Below are positions 8,188-17,745 of a stretch of 40,351 bases of DNA, piece by piece (position 1 is the stretch's first letter; each line of letters starts with the position of its first letter). The stretch comes from a virus (Duplodnaviria; Caudoviricetes), in the IMG/VR virus record IMGVR_UViG_3300037565_000137, positions 1 through 40,351 of that record; one strand, written 5' to 3'. A program made the position numbers and the translations under genes. Below the pieces are notes generated by a model. It was not told where the DNA came from. It saw only the letters and a list, made by a program, of their open reading frames with translations, and did no database searches.

Positions 8188-8567
8188 ACCCGAAACGCCC
8201 TTTCCGCTCGCATCCGCGACAGGTGCCCGATGCCGTCCGGGCGCAGCACGAATACGCGCTCGCCGCCGAACAGGCCGAAATTGTCGCCCGCGACCACGGC
8301 GATATCCCCCACCTGCGCCCGTGCGGGCGCGATCTCGGGAAAGTGCGAGGCGACGTAGGCGACGTGGCCGTCAAAGCCGTCCTCGCGCATCACCTCGGCC
8401 AGCCGCTTCATGCTGCGATAGCGGCCACGAAACCGCGCGCCGTGATCCTCGCCCACGAATTTCGCGGCCCAGCCCAGCACCCACAGCCCGCAATCGTGCG
8501 AACCGGGGCGAAACCGCCGCGTGCGCGCCGCCGCGATCCATGCGCTCAATTCCTGGTGCCGCGTCAT
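8184..8567 (-). CDS. NlpC/P60-like tail peptidase (DUF6950-like)
   Basis: F-x-PG-x-HDC, RGRY and AQVGDIAVV motifs; position before the tail tip gene. Confidence 0.7.
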   Translation of the reverse strand: MTRHQELSAWIAAARTRRFRPGSHDCGLWVLGWAAKFVGEDHGARFRGRYRSMKRLAEVMREDGFDGHVAYVASHFPEIAPARAQVGDIAVVAGDNFGLFGGERVFVLRPDGIGHLSRMRAERAFRV

Positions 8568-9232
8568 TTCTGCCGGTCTCCGGGGGTCAGTGGCGGCGCG
8601 GCGGGCGGGGCGGCGCTGCCGGGCTTGGTCGCGGCCTGCTTTTGGCCCCAGAACACCGGCACGCCCACGATGGCCGAATACTCGCGGCCCTTGTCATTGG
8701 CGTCGATCCGGCGCTGATCCGCGTCGGATTTCTTGGCGGTCAGCGTCCGGGTCAGCGCCCGCGCCGCGCTGGCGACGGTCAAGTCAACCGTGGCGGTGCC
8801 GCCCTCGGCAGGCGTCGGCACGGGCATTTCATCGACCGTGCCCTTGAGCACGCGCACCGGGTCTCCGATCTGCACGCCCTTGACCGGATCGAAGAACACG
8901 CGGTGCACCTCGATGGGCGCGAACCGGACTTCGTAGCCGTTGATCAGGTTGACCACCGAGGGCGGGATTTTCGACAGGGATACGCGCTGCATGCGCACCC
9001 GGATACCGACCTCGCCGATGATGGGCGCAATTTCCAGCAGCGCGCCCGCGCCATGATAGGTGCGGTCCACGCCACCGACCGAGAACACCCGCGCGTCAAA
9101 GCCGTTCCAGAACCCGCCCGGATCGACCAGACCGGTGTCGCGGTTGACCGCTTCGATCCAGACGAGATGCCGCACCTGCAGCCCCGCGCCCGAGGCGAGA
9201 TGCGTCTCGATGGCCGTGCCGTAGTCGCGCAT
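8564..9232 (-). CDS. Minor tail/baseplate hub protein
   Basis: GFWNG, Y-x-GAG-x-L and SDADQRRIDANDKG motifs; position after Dit. Confidence 0.7.
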   Translation of the reverse strand: MRDYGTAIETHLASGAGLQVRHLVWIEAVNRDTGLVDPGGFWNGFDARVFSVGGVDRTYHGAGALLEIAPIIGEVGIRVRMQRVSLSKIPPSVVNLINGYEVRFAPIEVHRVFFDPVKGVQIGDPVRVLKGTVDEMPVPTPAEGGTATVDLTVASAARALTRTLTAKKSDADQRRIDANDKGREYSAIVGVPVFWGQKQAATKPGSAAPPAAPPLTPGDRQK

Positions 9233-9235
9233 CGC

Positions 9236-9895
9236 TTACCTCACCGTCTGCACGAAGCCGAACCGCGCCCCGCTCGACACGACGGCGCGGTGCGAGCCGT
9301 AATCCGGGGCAGGTTCCAGAACCGCCTTGATCGGCGGCTTGATCAGCACCAGCGCGGTTCCCGTGGTCACGCCCGGCTGCACGAAGGGGGTCAGCTCCAC
9401 CTCGGCGATCTCGCCCGCGCCATCCGCCGTCACGTCGCTCACCACGCGGTGCAGCGCGTAGCGCACCGGGTCAGAGGCATATTGCCACCCGATGTAGTCA
9501 CCGCTGGTCAGCACATACCCGGCGGGCAGGCCCTCGATCCCAATCAGCCGCGCATCGGTCGCGTCGAGCGACAGGATCGTGGGCGTGGCCGCGCCGAGGA
9601 TCGTCCCGTCAGGGTCCGCCGCCGGATGCGTCTTGGCCGGATCGTAGACCAGGAAAGACGAGCCGGGGCGGTCCAGAACCGAGAGCAGCGCATCGCGCCC
9701 CGCCGCGACGGACCGGTCATTTGTCGGCGGAATTACGAACGAGCCGCGCCAGATCGTATCTCCGAGCGAAGCGGTGAGTTGCTGCCCGTTCGCCATGCGG
9801 TCGATCTGCCGGGGCTGCGACTGGTAGAACTCGGCCACCGAAATACGCAGCCCGGACTGGAACTGCGCGACGGACAGGGGAAAGGTCAGCGCCAT
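9236..9895 (-). CDS. Distal tail (Dit-like) protein
   Basis: MALTFPLS start, GLPAGYVLT-x-GDY; immediately after the tape measure gene. Confidence 0.7.
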   Translation of the reverse strand: MALTFPLSVAQFQSGLRISVAEFYQSQPRQIDRMANGQQLTASLGDTIWRGSFVIPPTNDRSVAAGRDALLSVLDRPGSSFLVYDPAKTHPAADPDGTILGAATPTILSLDATDARLIGIEGLPAGYVLTSGDYIGWQYASDPVRYALHRVVSDVTADGAGEIAEVELTPFVQPGVTTGTALVLIKPPIKAVLEPAPDYGSHRAVVSSGARFGFVQTVR

Positions 9896-12024
9896 CAGCC
9901 CACCCTCAGCGGGTCGCGCTCGATGCGCTGCACGCTGCCCGGCAGGGTTTCCTTGTCGTATTGCTCAAGCGCCGCGCCGCTCACCTGCAGCGCCACATCG
10001 CCCGCGATCTGCCGCACGGTCTGCGTGATGTTGCCATCCTCGACACGGGCCACCACCTCGATCCGCGCCCGCTGCGCCCCGCCCCCCATGAGACGGGCCG
10101 TGTCGGCGCCACCGATCACCTGCGCCGGGCCGACGACGATCTCGGGGCGGCGCTCGCCCACCACCGCAAACTCGCCCGACCGGATCGGCCCGCCTGCGTC
10201 CAGGAAACCCAGAAAATTGCCCAGCCCGAACAGGCCCCCGGTGCTGCGTCCGGCACCGCCCGACAGCGCGGCGAACGCCCCGTCGATCAGGCTGTCGATG
10301 CCGCGCGACAGCAGGCGGTTGCCCAGCTGGTCCAGCGCGTCGCCGATGTTGTCGATATCGGTCACAGCGGCGCGGGCGAAGCGCTTGATCTCGTCCTGCG
10401 CGGCGCGCGCGCCCTCGCCCACGCCGCCGAACCGATCCTTGGCCAGATCCAGCGCGCGGTTGTATTCCTCCTGGCTGATCTTGCCCGCGCGCAGCGCCTC
10501 GTCGAGCAGCGACACGACCTCCGCGTAACTCACCGCGGCCTGCCGCGCCTGCCGGATCAGGGCGTCGGCCTGGCGCGCCTGCTCGTTCAGATCGGCCAGC
10601 GACTGCGCCGCGCCGCCCCGGCGCGCGACCTGCGTCCCGTTGAGATCGCGCAGCGCCGCGGCCCGCCGCTCGTCAAGCTCCGCCGCCTCGCGCGTGAGCT
10701 CGAGCTCGCGTTGCAGCCCGTCGATTGCCGCCTTGCGCAGCCCCTCCGGGCCCTGCATCGCCGCCTGGAATTCATCCGAGGCGCGAATGTCGGCCTCGCG
10801 CCGCGCCACCTGCCCGGCCACGCGGCTGCCGCCGCCCTCGAGCGCGGCCACCTCGGCCCGCACCCCGGCCAGGCTGCGCGACCCGAGATTGCTCACAAAC
10901 CGGATCGCCTCCGACGCCGCACGGCTCATCTCGTCGGCCATCTCTCGGACGTTGCGCGCGCCGTCGCCGGCCTTTTTGGCGGCGCTTTCCGTTGTCGAGT
11001 CGAAACGGATCATCGCCTCAAGCGATTGAAGCAGCGCCTCGAAGGTCGTGCGCTGCTCGTCGCTCAGTTCACCATTCTTGCTGACCGCCTCACTGTAGAG
11101 CTGGACCAGACGCTCGTTCGCGGCGATCCGCCCGGCGTTATCTTCCGCCTCGCGAAGCTGGACGAGCGTGGACAGGAACTCTCCCGCGACCTCTTCCGAC
11201 ACCCCAAGCTCGTCTTGAATCCGCGTGATGGCAGGCACCACCTGTGCAAACGCCTCTTGCAATTCACGCACGCGCCGGACGTTGGCGGCAAGTTCCCGGT
11301 CCGACAGCGTCGAGATACCCTGCGCGTTGACCGGCGCGGCATTCAGCCGCTCCATCTCGCGAATGATCTGCACAGCATCGCGCGCAGCTTCAGCCGAGAC
11401 CGCCGACACGTCGCCGAACCGACCCGCCAGCGCCTCGCGGGATCGCGACAGGGCCGTGAGCGCATCGAGGCGCGCGAATTCCGCCTGCACCTCGAACAGC
11501 CGCCGCGCCGCGCTGGCATTCTCGCCGAACTCCTCGCGCAGATCGGTCAGCGGGCTGCGCAGCCGCTCCACCGCCGCCTGGTAATTCTTGGTCGCGGCGT
11601 CCAGTTCGGTCAGCTGGTCCTTGAGCTCGCCGCCCTTCTCGGTCGTGTCGAAGAGCGCATTCGCCACCAGCGGAAGCGCCACGCCTGCGATCACACCCGC
11701 CGCGATCCCCACGGTGCCGAAGCCAAGCGCCATGTCCGGCAGCTGGATCGCCAGCGCCTGCACGAAATTCCCCGTGGCCTGCGTCTGCTGCGCCACCTGG
11801 CTTAGCTGCAGCGAGACGTTGCGCATCCCGCCGTTGAACGCCGCGCCCTGGCTCCTCGTCCGGGCCATGGACCGGCCCAGGTTGTCGAGCGATTCCCTCT
11901 GACCGTTCGCCGCCTTGCGGATATTGGTCAGGGCAAGCTCGCCCTCCTTGCCCATGAGGCGGAAGGTCTGCACCACGTTACTGCCATCCGCCTTGACGCG
12001 GATCGTGACCTGCCGTTCGGCCAT
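9895..12024 (-). CDS. Tape measure protein (709 aa)
   Basis: Ala-rich helical protein; QLSQVAQQ..ALAIQLPD lambda-TMP-N motif; C-terminal GG...VVGERRPE motif; follows the chaperones. Confidence 0.9.
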   Translation of the reverse strand: MAERQVTIRVKADGSNVVQTFRLMGKEGELALTNIRKAANGQRESLDNLGRSMARTRSQGAAFNGGMRNVSLQLSQVAQQTQATGNFVQALAIQLPDMALGFGTVGIAAGVIAGVALPLVANALFDTTEKGGELKDQLTELDAATKNYQAAVERLRSPLTDLREEFGENASAARRLFEVQAEFARLDALTALSRSREALAGRFGDVSAVSAEAARDAVQIIREMERLNAAPVNAQGISTLSDRELAANVRRVRELQEAFAQVVPAITRIQDELGVSEEVAGEFLSTLVQLREAEDNAGRIAANERLVQLYSEAVSKNGELSDEQRTTFEALLQSLEAMIRFDSTTESAAKKAGDGARNVREMADEMSRAASEAIRFVSNLGSRSLAGVRAEVAALEGGGSRVAGQVARREADIRASDEFQAAMQGPEGLRKAAIDGLQRELELTREAAELDERRAAALRDLNGTQVARRGGAAQSLADLNEQARQADALIRQARQAAVSYAEVVSLLDEALRAGKISQEEYNRALDLAKDRFGGVGEGARAAQDEIKRFARAAVTDIDNIGDALDQLGNRLLSRGIDSLIDGAFAALSGGAGRSTGGLFGLGNFLGFLDAGGPIRSGEFAVVGERRPEIVVGPAQVIGGADTARLMGGGAQRARIEVVARVEDGNITQTVRQIAGDVALQVSGAALEQYDKETLPGSVQRIERDPLRVG

Positions 12025-12347
12025 CAGGTAGCCCCCTTGCGCATCGCGCCTGCCTCGATCGCGGGCAACAGCTCTGCTGCCGCCCGCTCGTCCATGCCCA
12101 GGGCGCGCGCCACGCTCAGCGCCGCCGTCATGTCAAACCCTGTCGTGATCGCCCCGCCCATCGGGCCGGTCAGATACCGCCACTGCCCGCCGAGGTGATG
12201 CCGAGCCAGCCGCCACACCGCCGCGCCCTCGGCACTCTGCGGGGCGTGGCGCTTGCGCGGGCATTCGGCACAGTCGGTGTCGCACAGGCGGCAATAGCCC
12301 GCGCCCTCGCCGAATTCCCACGCCGCCAGCTCGGCTAGTCTCCCTTT
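12024..12347 (-). CDS. Tail assembly chaperone gpT-like segment, probably expressed by -1 frameshift
   Basis: -1 frame RLAELAAWEFG..YC-x2-C-x3-C-x2-CP...GQWR...GFDM...LLPAIEAG; no own RBS/ATG seen; starts at the slippery site. Confidence 0.65.
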   Translation of the reverse strand, partial: KGRLAELAAWEFGEGAGYCRLCDTDCAECPRKRHAPQSAEGAAVWRLARHHLGGQWRYLTGPMGGAITTGFDMTAALSVARALGMDERAAAELLPAIEAGAMRKGAT

Positions 12348-12715
12348 TCGCGCTCGACCTCCGCCTCGGCAGCCGCCGCCCCCAGGAACACGCGGTTGAG
12401 CAGCCAAGAGATCAGCGCGGGATCGTCGGTCAGCAACCAGCGCCACGCCTGGCGCGTCACCGGCACCTTGCCGCCGTCCGGCGCCTGCACCGTCCAGTCC
12501 ACGACCATCACCTCGAAGATGCGGTCGCACAGGCCCAGCAACTCGCCCTGCGGCAGCGACACATCCGCATCGCCACCGCCCTCGAACACCCGCGCCAGCG
12601 CCGTCCCCGCGACGATGTCGTGCGCCTCGTGGATCGTGATCCGGCGCACCTGCAGCGACAGGGTCTCGTCGTACTCGATCCACTGCTCGGGCGGCGCGAT
12701 GTCCAGTACCCGCAT
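12335..12715 (-). CDS. Tail assembly chaperone gpG-like
   Basis: Between the tail tube and TMP genes; VVDWTV...G-x-x-VPVT motif; ends REKGD*. Confidence 0.75.
   Translation of the reverse strand: MRVLDIAPPEQWIEYDETLSLQVRRITIHEAHDIVAGTALARVFEGGGDADVSLPQGELLGLCDRIFEVMVVDWTVQAPDGGKVPVTRQAWRWLLTDDPALISWLLNRVFLGAAAAEAEVEREKGD
12341..12347 (-). other. Programmed -1 ribosomal frameshift site A-AAG-GGA
   Basis: XXXYYYZ heptamer in the correct phase just before the gpG stop; the -1 frame is open to 12024. Confidence 0.7.
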
Positions 12716-13662
12716 CAGTAGCTCGCGGTGTTGTTGATCAGCGTCACGGTCATCTGCTTGGCCGTGGACGGATCGGCCACGGCCTCGTAGGAGAACTGCG
12801 CCTGCACACCGCCGGGGCCGGGAACCTCGACCTTGGGCCGGGGCAGATAGACCTCGTGCATCAGGAAGGTCAGCGTCTCGTCGCCGCCCGGGTCCATCGC
12901 GACGGTCAGCGTCGAGGCGGTCATGTCGATCGCCTGGCTCAGCATGGTGGTGTCGCCGAACCGCAGCGTCACCGTGCCGGTGACCTCCGAGCGCTGCGGC
13001 AGGATCTGGCCCACCACGCCGGTCCCGTCGATGAACCGCAGAGCATCCAGATCGTTCGAGACGTTCAGCGCGGCGCTCTCACCCTTCGACGTCAGCGCCG
13101 ATCCGTTGCGCTGCAGGGCGGCACTCGACCCCGGAAACCGCGTGTAGGCGCTGAACCCGGTGGGCGTGCCCGCGCCGCTCGAACTGTCGATCGCTTCCTT
13201 CTGCGCGATGAAACCGATGGTGGCCTGCAACCGACCGTCCGCCGCCAGGTCCAGCGACAGCGTGTTCGCGACGGCACCCGTCACCATCGAGGCGAACGGC
13301 ACCTGCGGCATCCACGTCTCCATCGCCAGACTGGGCAGGCTGGTCGCGTCCCCGGCCTCGAACACATGGGTGTAGGGCCCGGTACCCGTGGTCGTGGGCG
13401 CGCCGAACAGCGCCTTGAGCCAGAACCCGAACGACTCGGCCTCGACCGGCACCACCACGTTGCCCCCGGCCTCGCGCGTGCCTTTTTCGGGCGCGCGGCG
13501 CTTGCGCCCGCTGCCCAGCGTGTCGTCGGGGTCGTTGGGCCTCTCTTCGCCCAGCGTGTGGCTGATGAACGGCAGATCGAAATACCCCGAGGCCGGGGCG
13601 GTGCCGAAGGCGCTCTCGAACGCGCCGCGCAGTTTTACGTTGATGCCCTGCTGATAGGCCAT
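12715..13662 (-). CDS. Major tail tube protein
   Basis: FES-x-FGT-x-P, G-x-WLKALFGAPTT, YTHVF, LPSL and GPGGVQA-x-F motifs. Confidence 0.85.
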   Translation of the reverse strand: MAYQQGINVKLRGAFESAFGTAPASGYFDLPFISHTLGEERPNDPDDTLGSGRKRRAPEKGTREAGGNVVVPVEAESFGFWLKALFGAPTTTGTGPYTHVFEAGDATSLPSLAMETWMPQVPFASMVTGAVANTLSLDLAADGRLQATIGFIAQKEAIDSSSGAGTPTGFSAYTRFPGSSAALQRNGSALTSKGESAALNVSNDLDALRFIDGTGVVGQILPQRSEVTGTVTLRFGDTTMLSQAIDMTASTLTVAMDPGGDETLTFLMHEVYLPRPKVEVPGPGGVQAQFSYEAVADPSTAKQMTVTLINNTASY

Positions 13663-13672
13663 GACTGTCTCC

Positions 13673-14104
13673 CTAGCTCAGAGGATCCGTGGTGGTGTAG
13701 TGCAGCACGACCGGCACGGTCGCTGCGGTGAAGGCGGCGCGCCCTTCGACGTCGCGCACCAGCGCCTTGACGGGCGCACGCCCGCGCAGGTCGAAGGTCA
13801 GTCCGCCAAGCGTGCGATCGGCGGCGACAGCCGCGCCGACGGCACGCTTGAGCGCATCGAACACCGCGTCACTCTCGGCGATGATGTCCACGTCGGCGGC
13901 GTGCTCGTATTCATAGGTCGGCTGAGCGCCACCCATCACGACCAGCGGCTCGCCCGGATCGCCGTCGCGCAGGATGATCAGGCCCGCCTTCGGGGCCGAG
14001 ACGGGCAGCGCCGCGTTGCGTTCCAGCCGCGCGCCACGCGGCAGCTTTGCCTTGAGCGCCGCCAGAAGCGCCTTCAGGACGGCCTCGCTCGTGCTGTCGG
14101 CCAT
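13673..14104 (-). CDS. Tail terminator/completion protein
   Basis: ERNAALP...LIILRDGDPGEP...YEYEH...ADRTLGGL...YTTTDPL; directly upstream of the tail tube gene. Confidence 0.7.
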   Translation of the reverse strand: MADSTSEAVLKALLAALKAKLPRGARLERNAALPVSAPKAGLIILRDGDPGEPLVVMGGAQPTYEYEHAADVDIIAESDAVFDALKRAVGAAVAADRTLGGLTFDLRGRAPVKALVRDVEGRAAFTAATVPVVLHYTTTDPLS

Positions 14105-14105
14105 G

Positions 14106-14759
14106 TCAGCGCAGCCTCCGGTAGGTGTTGACGATGCTCTGGTCGATCCGCCCCGCGACCAGCTGCGCCCCGCCCAGCAGGTCCAGCCGCTTGGGCAGCT
14201 TGACCTGCGGCACGAGGATGAAGATCGGGATCGTCTCGATATTCTTTGCGAACCGCCCCGACTTGAGCCGGGGACGGCGGCTCGACCGCGCCACGCCGCG
14301 CCTCGACGTGCGCCCCTCGGCCACGAGCAGCGACGGACGACCGGCCCGGAACACGAAGCGCAACCGCTGCCCCGTTCGCTTTTCCCACTCGCCGGGCGTG
14401 GGCTTCTTGCCACGCCGCCCGCGCCCCGCGGCCTCTGTCGGGATTGCCAGCCAGAACCCGTCGCGCGACGTGATCAGGCTGCCCTCGTCATGCGCGCCGA
14501 TGATGTCGTCGGCGCGGGTAAACACGATTGCTGCGGCCGAGGCGCTGACGCGGCCCTTCGGGAACGACTCCGTTCGCACCGTGCGCGCCAGCCGGTTGCC
14601 CAGCCCCGCAGACCTGATCTGCCCGCGCCAGGCCTTCTGGATATCCGACCCTGCATCGGCGATGGCCACGGTGACCGCCGTCTCCCACAGCACCGCCTCG
14701 TCGCGCATGATGCGCTGCGGCGACCCCGTGATGTCAACCGCAGAACGGATCGTGGCCAT
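14106..14759 (-). CDS. Neck/tail completion protein (DUF6441-like)
   Basis: Basic protein with WR-x-QI..AGLG-x-RLA, WLAIPT and PIFILVPQVKLPKRLD. Confidence 0.7.
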   Translation of the reverse strand: MATIRSAVDITGSPQRIMRDEAVLWETAVTVAIADAGSDIQKAWRGQIRSAGLGNRLARTVRTESFPKGRVSASAAAIVFTRADDIIGAHDEGSLITSRDGFWLAIPTEAAGRGRRGKKPTPGEWEKRTGQRLRFVFRAGRPSLLVAEGRTSRRGVARSSRRPRLKSGRFAKNIETIPIFILVPQVKLPKRLDLLGGAQLVAGRIDQSIVNTYRRLR

Positions 14760-15076
14760 CAGTACGCCTCTCGGATCGGCACGATCCACGTCAGGTCCAG
14801 GCCGCCGCGCTCCGGATCGCCGACGACCTGCCACAGCACACCGGCGATCTCGAACGTGTCGCCCGCCCCGAGGTGCGGCGTGTCCGCCTGCCGCACCTCG
14901 ATCTGCTCGCCCTCGGAAATGATCTCGGATTGACCGAACCCCGACGCGCCGGACGGGCGGTATCGCGCGGCGCGGATGGCAACACCCGCGCCGACGCCCT
15001 TTTCACGGTAAAGCGCCGCCTCGCCCATGTTGGCATCGCCGAACATGGCCGACAGCGCCTTCCCGAAGGCCGTCAT
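14759..15076 (-). CDS. Head-tail joining protein (gpFII-like)
   Basis: 105 aa; MTAF..A..AMF-x-D-x-NM, GDTFEI-x-G; position after the DUF2190 gene. Confidence 0.7.
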   Translation of the reverse strand: MTAFGKALSAMFGDANMGEAALYREKGVGAGVAIRAARYRPSGASGFGQSEIISEGEQIEVRQADTPHLGAGDTFEIAGVLWQVVGDPERGGLDLTWIVPIREAY

Positions 15077-15411
15077 CAGGCGACGATGCCCAGCCGGACC
15101 GTGCCGGTCGTATCGCCCGCGCCGCTGCCGACGGCCACCGTGGCCACACCGATCATGGTGTTCCCGCTGGCCGCGCTGGTGCAGCGCGCGTTCGCGCTGT
15201 CCCAGTAGACCTTCACACCCACGGTCCAGGCCTGCGACCCGACCTTGGGCAGGGTATAGACCCCCCGCATGGACAGCGTCACGTTCGCGCCCGAGGCGGC
15301 ATCCGCCACCGCGACCCCGAACAGCGACCCGACCAGGACACCGTCGCCCGACGACACCGCCGCCGGGGCGGTCACGGTGATGAAATCACCGTCTTGCACT
15401 GCATTTTTCAT
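15076..15411 (-). CDS. DUF2190-family capsid cement/decoration protein
   Basis: MKNAVQDG...VSSGDGVLVGSLFGVA...GVYTLPK...VYWD; follows the capsid gene. Confidence 0.85.
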   Translation of the reverse strand: MKNAVQDGDFITVTAPAAVSSGDGVLVGSLFGVAVADAASGANVTLSMRGVYTLPKVGSQAWTVGVKVYWDSANARCTSAASGNTMIGVATVAVGSGAGDTTGTVRLGIVA

Positions 15412-15427
15412 GGTTCTCTCCGTTGAT

Positions 15428-15457
15428 TGAAGAACAAGGGGCGGCAACGCCGCCCCT
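15428..15457 (-). terminator. Hairpin/intrinsic terminator after the capsid gene
   Basis: Minus strand AGGGGCGGC-GTT-GCCGCCCCT followed by TGTTCTTC. Confidence 0.6.
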
Positions 15458-15486
15458 CAGGTCAGATCATCCTGCGGCGCGCGCGA

Positions 15487-17745
15487 TTACGCGCCCGCGT
15501 TCTTGTAGAGGCCGCGCCAGTCGGTCGGGGCGACACCGGCATCGATGCGCACCTTGAGCTCGGCACCGTCGGTCGACCAAGCCTCCTTCTGCTCGATGAA
15601 CGGCTCCTGCACACCGTCGAGATAGGCCACCTCGATCGTGTCGTGCATCGCGGGGCTCGCCGCGAGATACCACGCCGTGGTCGAGGCCTCGTCGAGACGC
15701 CCGTCGACGACCACTTCCGCCATGCCCGAAACCGGGTTGAGCGCGTGACCCTTGTTCGCCGTCGGCTCGAAGGTCGAGCGCATCAGCTGCGTCGCCAGCG
15801 TTTCCAGCGCGGCGGGCACGATGAAATACGCGGGCGCGATGTTGAGCGCCTTTGCGTCGCCTTCCTTCTGGGTGCGCATCGCGGCACGCCCAGCCCCCAG
15901 CGTGGTCACGCTCGGCGCGCCGCCCGACCCGGCCAGGTTGCCGTGATCGGCATGGAACAGGGCGGTCCCGTCCGACATGTCCGGGTTGCCCGTGAGCACC
16001 GCGTAGACCAGGTTGCCGATGGTGCGGCGCGCCGCCCGGCCCATCTTGCGCGGAGCATCGGTCAGCAGCGACAGGTCGTCGTTGATGATCGCCTCGCGCG
16101 TGATCTTGAGCATCCGGCCATAGGTGGCCAGCGCGATGCTCTCGCCCCGGTCCCCCATCGTGCCGTACTTGTATTCCGCGCCCTCTTCCTTCTCGACGAG
16201 GCTCGAGAACACGCCGGTGCCCACGCGCTTGCTGGGCTTGAAATCGGTCAGCGTGCCGGTGCTCGTGAACACCTGGAACGTCTCCTGGGCCTCTTCCCAG
16301 CCGATCAGCGCCGCCTTGCCGGTGATGTTCGCCAGGATGTTGGCGAAGTCGCTGGTCGAATGCCCGCCCGCGGACTGCACGAAGGCCGCGCCGACCATTT
16401 CGGTGCGGCGGTCGAAGGCCTGGCGCACGTTCGCCACGCTCAGCGACTGCCGCGCCAGTTCGGCCAGCGTCATTCCGGTGAATTCGTTGCGCTCGCCGCC
16501 CTTCAGGCCGCCCCGCGCCATGAGGCCCAGCATCGCGCCTTGCCGGAACCGGTCGCCCGCGTCGGCCGTCACGCTGGCGCGCGGCCCGCCGATGCCCGCA
16601 CCCTGCGTGGCGGCGGGCGTACCCGCCCCACCGGCATCGGCTCCGGCGCGCTGCGCGTAGGTCTCGATGGCGGACTGCCGGAACGCATCGACAGCGGTGC
16701 CGTCGTCGATGGCGGACTGGATCACCGCCTCGTCGAGATGCAGCGCGGTGCCCGCCTGCCGGATCGCGGTGATGCGGTCACGCTCTTCGCGCGCCGCTTG
16801 CTGGCGCACCGCCGTGTCATCGGCAGGTGCGGCAGTCGTCGAACTCTTGGTCGTCATGTTCGATTTCCCTCTGGTTTGTGCCGACTGCGCGGCGGTGTCA
16901 TAGGTACAGCCGTCGCTGTTCGCAGCATCGATCAGGCCGTCCAGTGAAACGCCCAGCACCTCGGCAAACCCTTCCAGGCGGTCGAGGGGCGGGCAGTTGA
17001 TCGACCCGGCAAGAATCTGCCGGACCGTGCCGGGCTCGATCCCGGCTGCCTCCGCCATGGCGGAAACCACGTCATCCTCGGACCTTTCGTCCGTGACGGC
17101 GTCTGCAATCGCGCTTTCGAGCGCGGCGGCAAGGCTTGCGCCTTGCGTGAGTTTCTGGGACATCGGCCCCTCCTTTCGCTTGTCGGTAATGGTCATTGAC
17201 GCGGGTCCGACCTGCCCGGACTGGACGCGAGCGCCGGGGTCTGCGCCGATTGCCACCATCGAAAGCTCGAACGGCTCCCAGTCGACCAGCTCCCAAACCT
17301 CCCGAAATCCGTCCCCGTCCGGCTCGCTCAGGATTTCCGCCTCGTGCACGAAAAAACCCATCGAGACGTTCCGCAGCGTGCCCTCACGCACCTTTTGCCA
17401 GATCGGCTCGACCTCTTCGGCGCGCGAAAACCGCAGAAGCGCGACGCCGCGCCTTCCCTCTTCGATCCGGGCGCTTTCGACCACCCCGATCACGTCTCGC
17501 GCCGTCAGGTCCATGTGACCGTCAAGCACCGGGGCGCCCTCGTTCAGGCGGTCAAGCCGCGCCGCTTCCGCCGTGAGGCGCGCGCGTGTGATGACGCGGC
17601 GCGGTCCTTCGGCGGTGTTCATCCAGTGCGGGACCTCCGCCCCCGTGGTGAATACCACCTCGACGGTGCGCGCCTCCTCGTCGACGGTTCGGATCGGCGC
17701 GGCCTGCGTCAGCGCGCGTTGCTCGATCACGTTCGATTTACTCAT
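15487..17745 (-). CDS. Prohead protease-scaffold-major capsid fusion protein with an internal HTH-like insert
   Basis: HK97-type protease (PVLDGH, LRNVSMG, WEPFELSMVAIGAD); capsid (HSTSDFANIL, TYGRMLKITREAIINDDL, IEVAYLDG, DWRGLYKN). Confidence 0.93.
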   Translation of the reverse strand: MSKSNVIEQRALTQAAPIRTVDEEARTVEVVFTTGAEVPHWMNTAEGPRRVITRARLTAEAARLDRLNEGAPVLDGHMDLTARDVIGVVESARIEEGRRGVALLRFSRAEEVEPIWQKVREGTLRNVSMGFFVHEAEILSEPDGDGFREVWELVDWEPFELSMVAIGADPGARVQSGQVGPASMTITDKRKEGPMSQKLTQGASLAAALESAIADAVTDERSEDDVVSAMAEAAGIEPGTVRQILAGSINCPPLDRLEGFAEVLGVSLDGLIDAANSDGCTYDTAAQSAQTRGKSNMTTKSSTTAAPADDTAVRQQAAREERDRITAIRQAGTALHLDEAVIQSAIDDGTAVDAFRQSAIETYAQRAGADAGGAGTPAATQGAGIGGPRASVTADAGDRFRQGAMLGLMARGGLKGGERNEFTGMTLAELARQSLSVANVRQAFDRRTEMVGAAFVQSAGGHSTSDFANILANITGKAALIGWEEAQETFQVFTSTGTLTDFKPSKRVGTGVFSSLVEKEEGAEYKYGTMGDRGESIALATYGRMLKITREAIINDDLSLLTDAPRKMGRAARRTIGNLVYAVLTGNPDMSDGTALFHADHGNLAGSGGAPSVTTLGAGRAAMRTQKEGDAKALNIAPAYFIVPAALETLATQLMRSTFEPTANKGHALNPVSGMAEVVVDGRLDEASTTAWYLAASPAMHDTIEVAYLDGVQEPFIEQKEAWSTDGAELKVRIDAGVAPTDWRGLYKNAGA

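Noticed and set aside
7871-11805. Long plus-strand ORFs (885 aa, 614 aa) opposite the tail genes
   Set aside because: Antisense shadows of high-GC coding sequence; Arg/Ala/Pro-rich with no motifs or RBS
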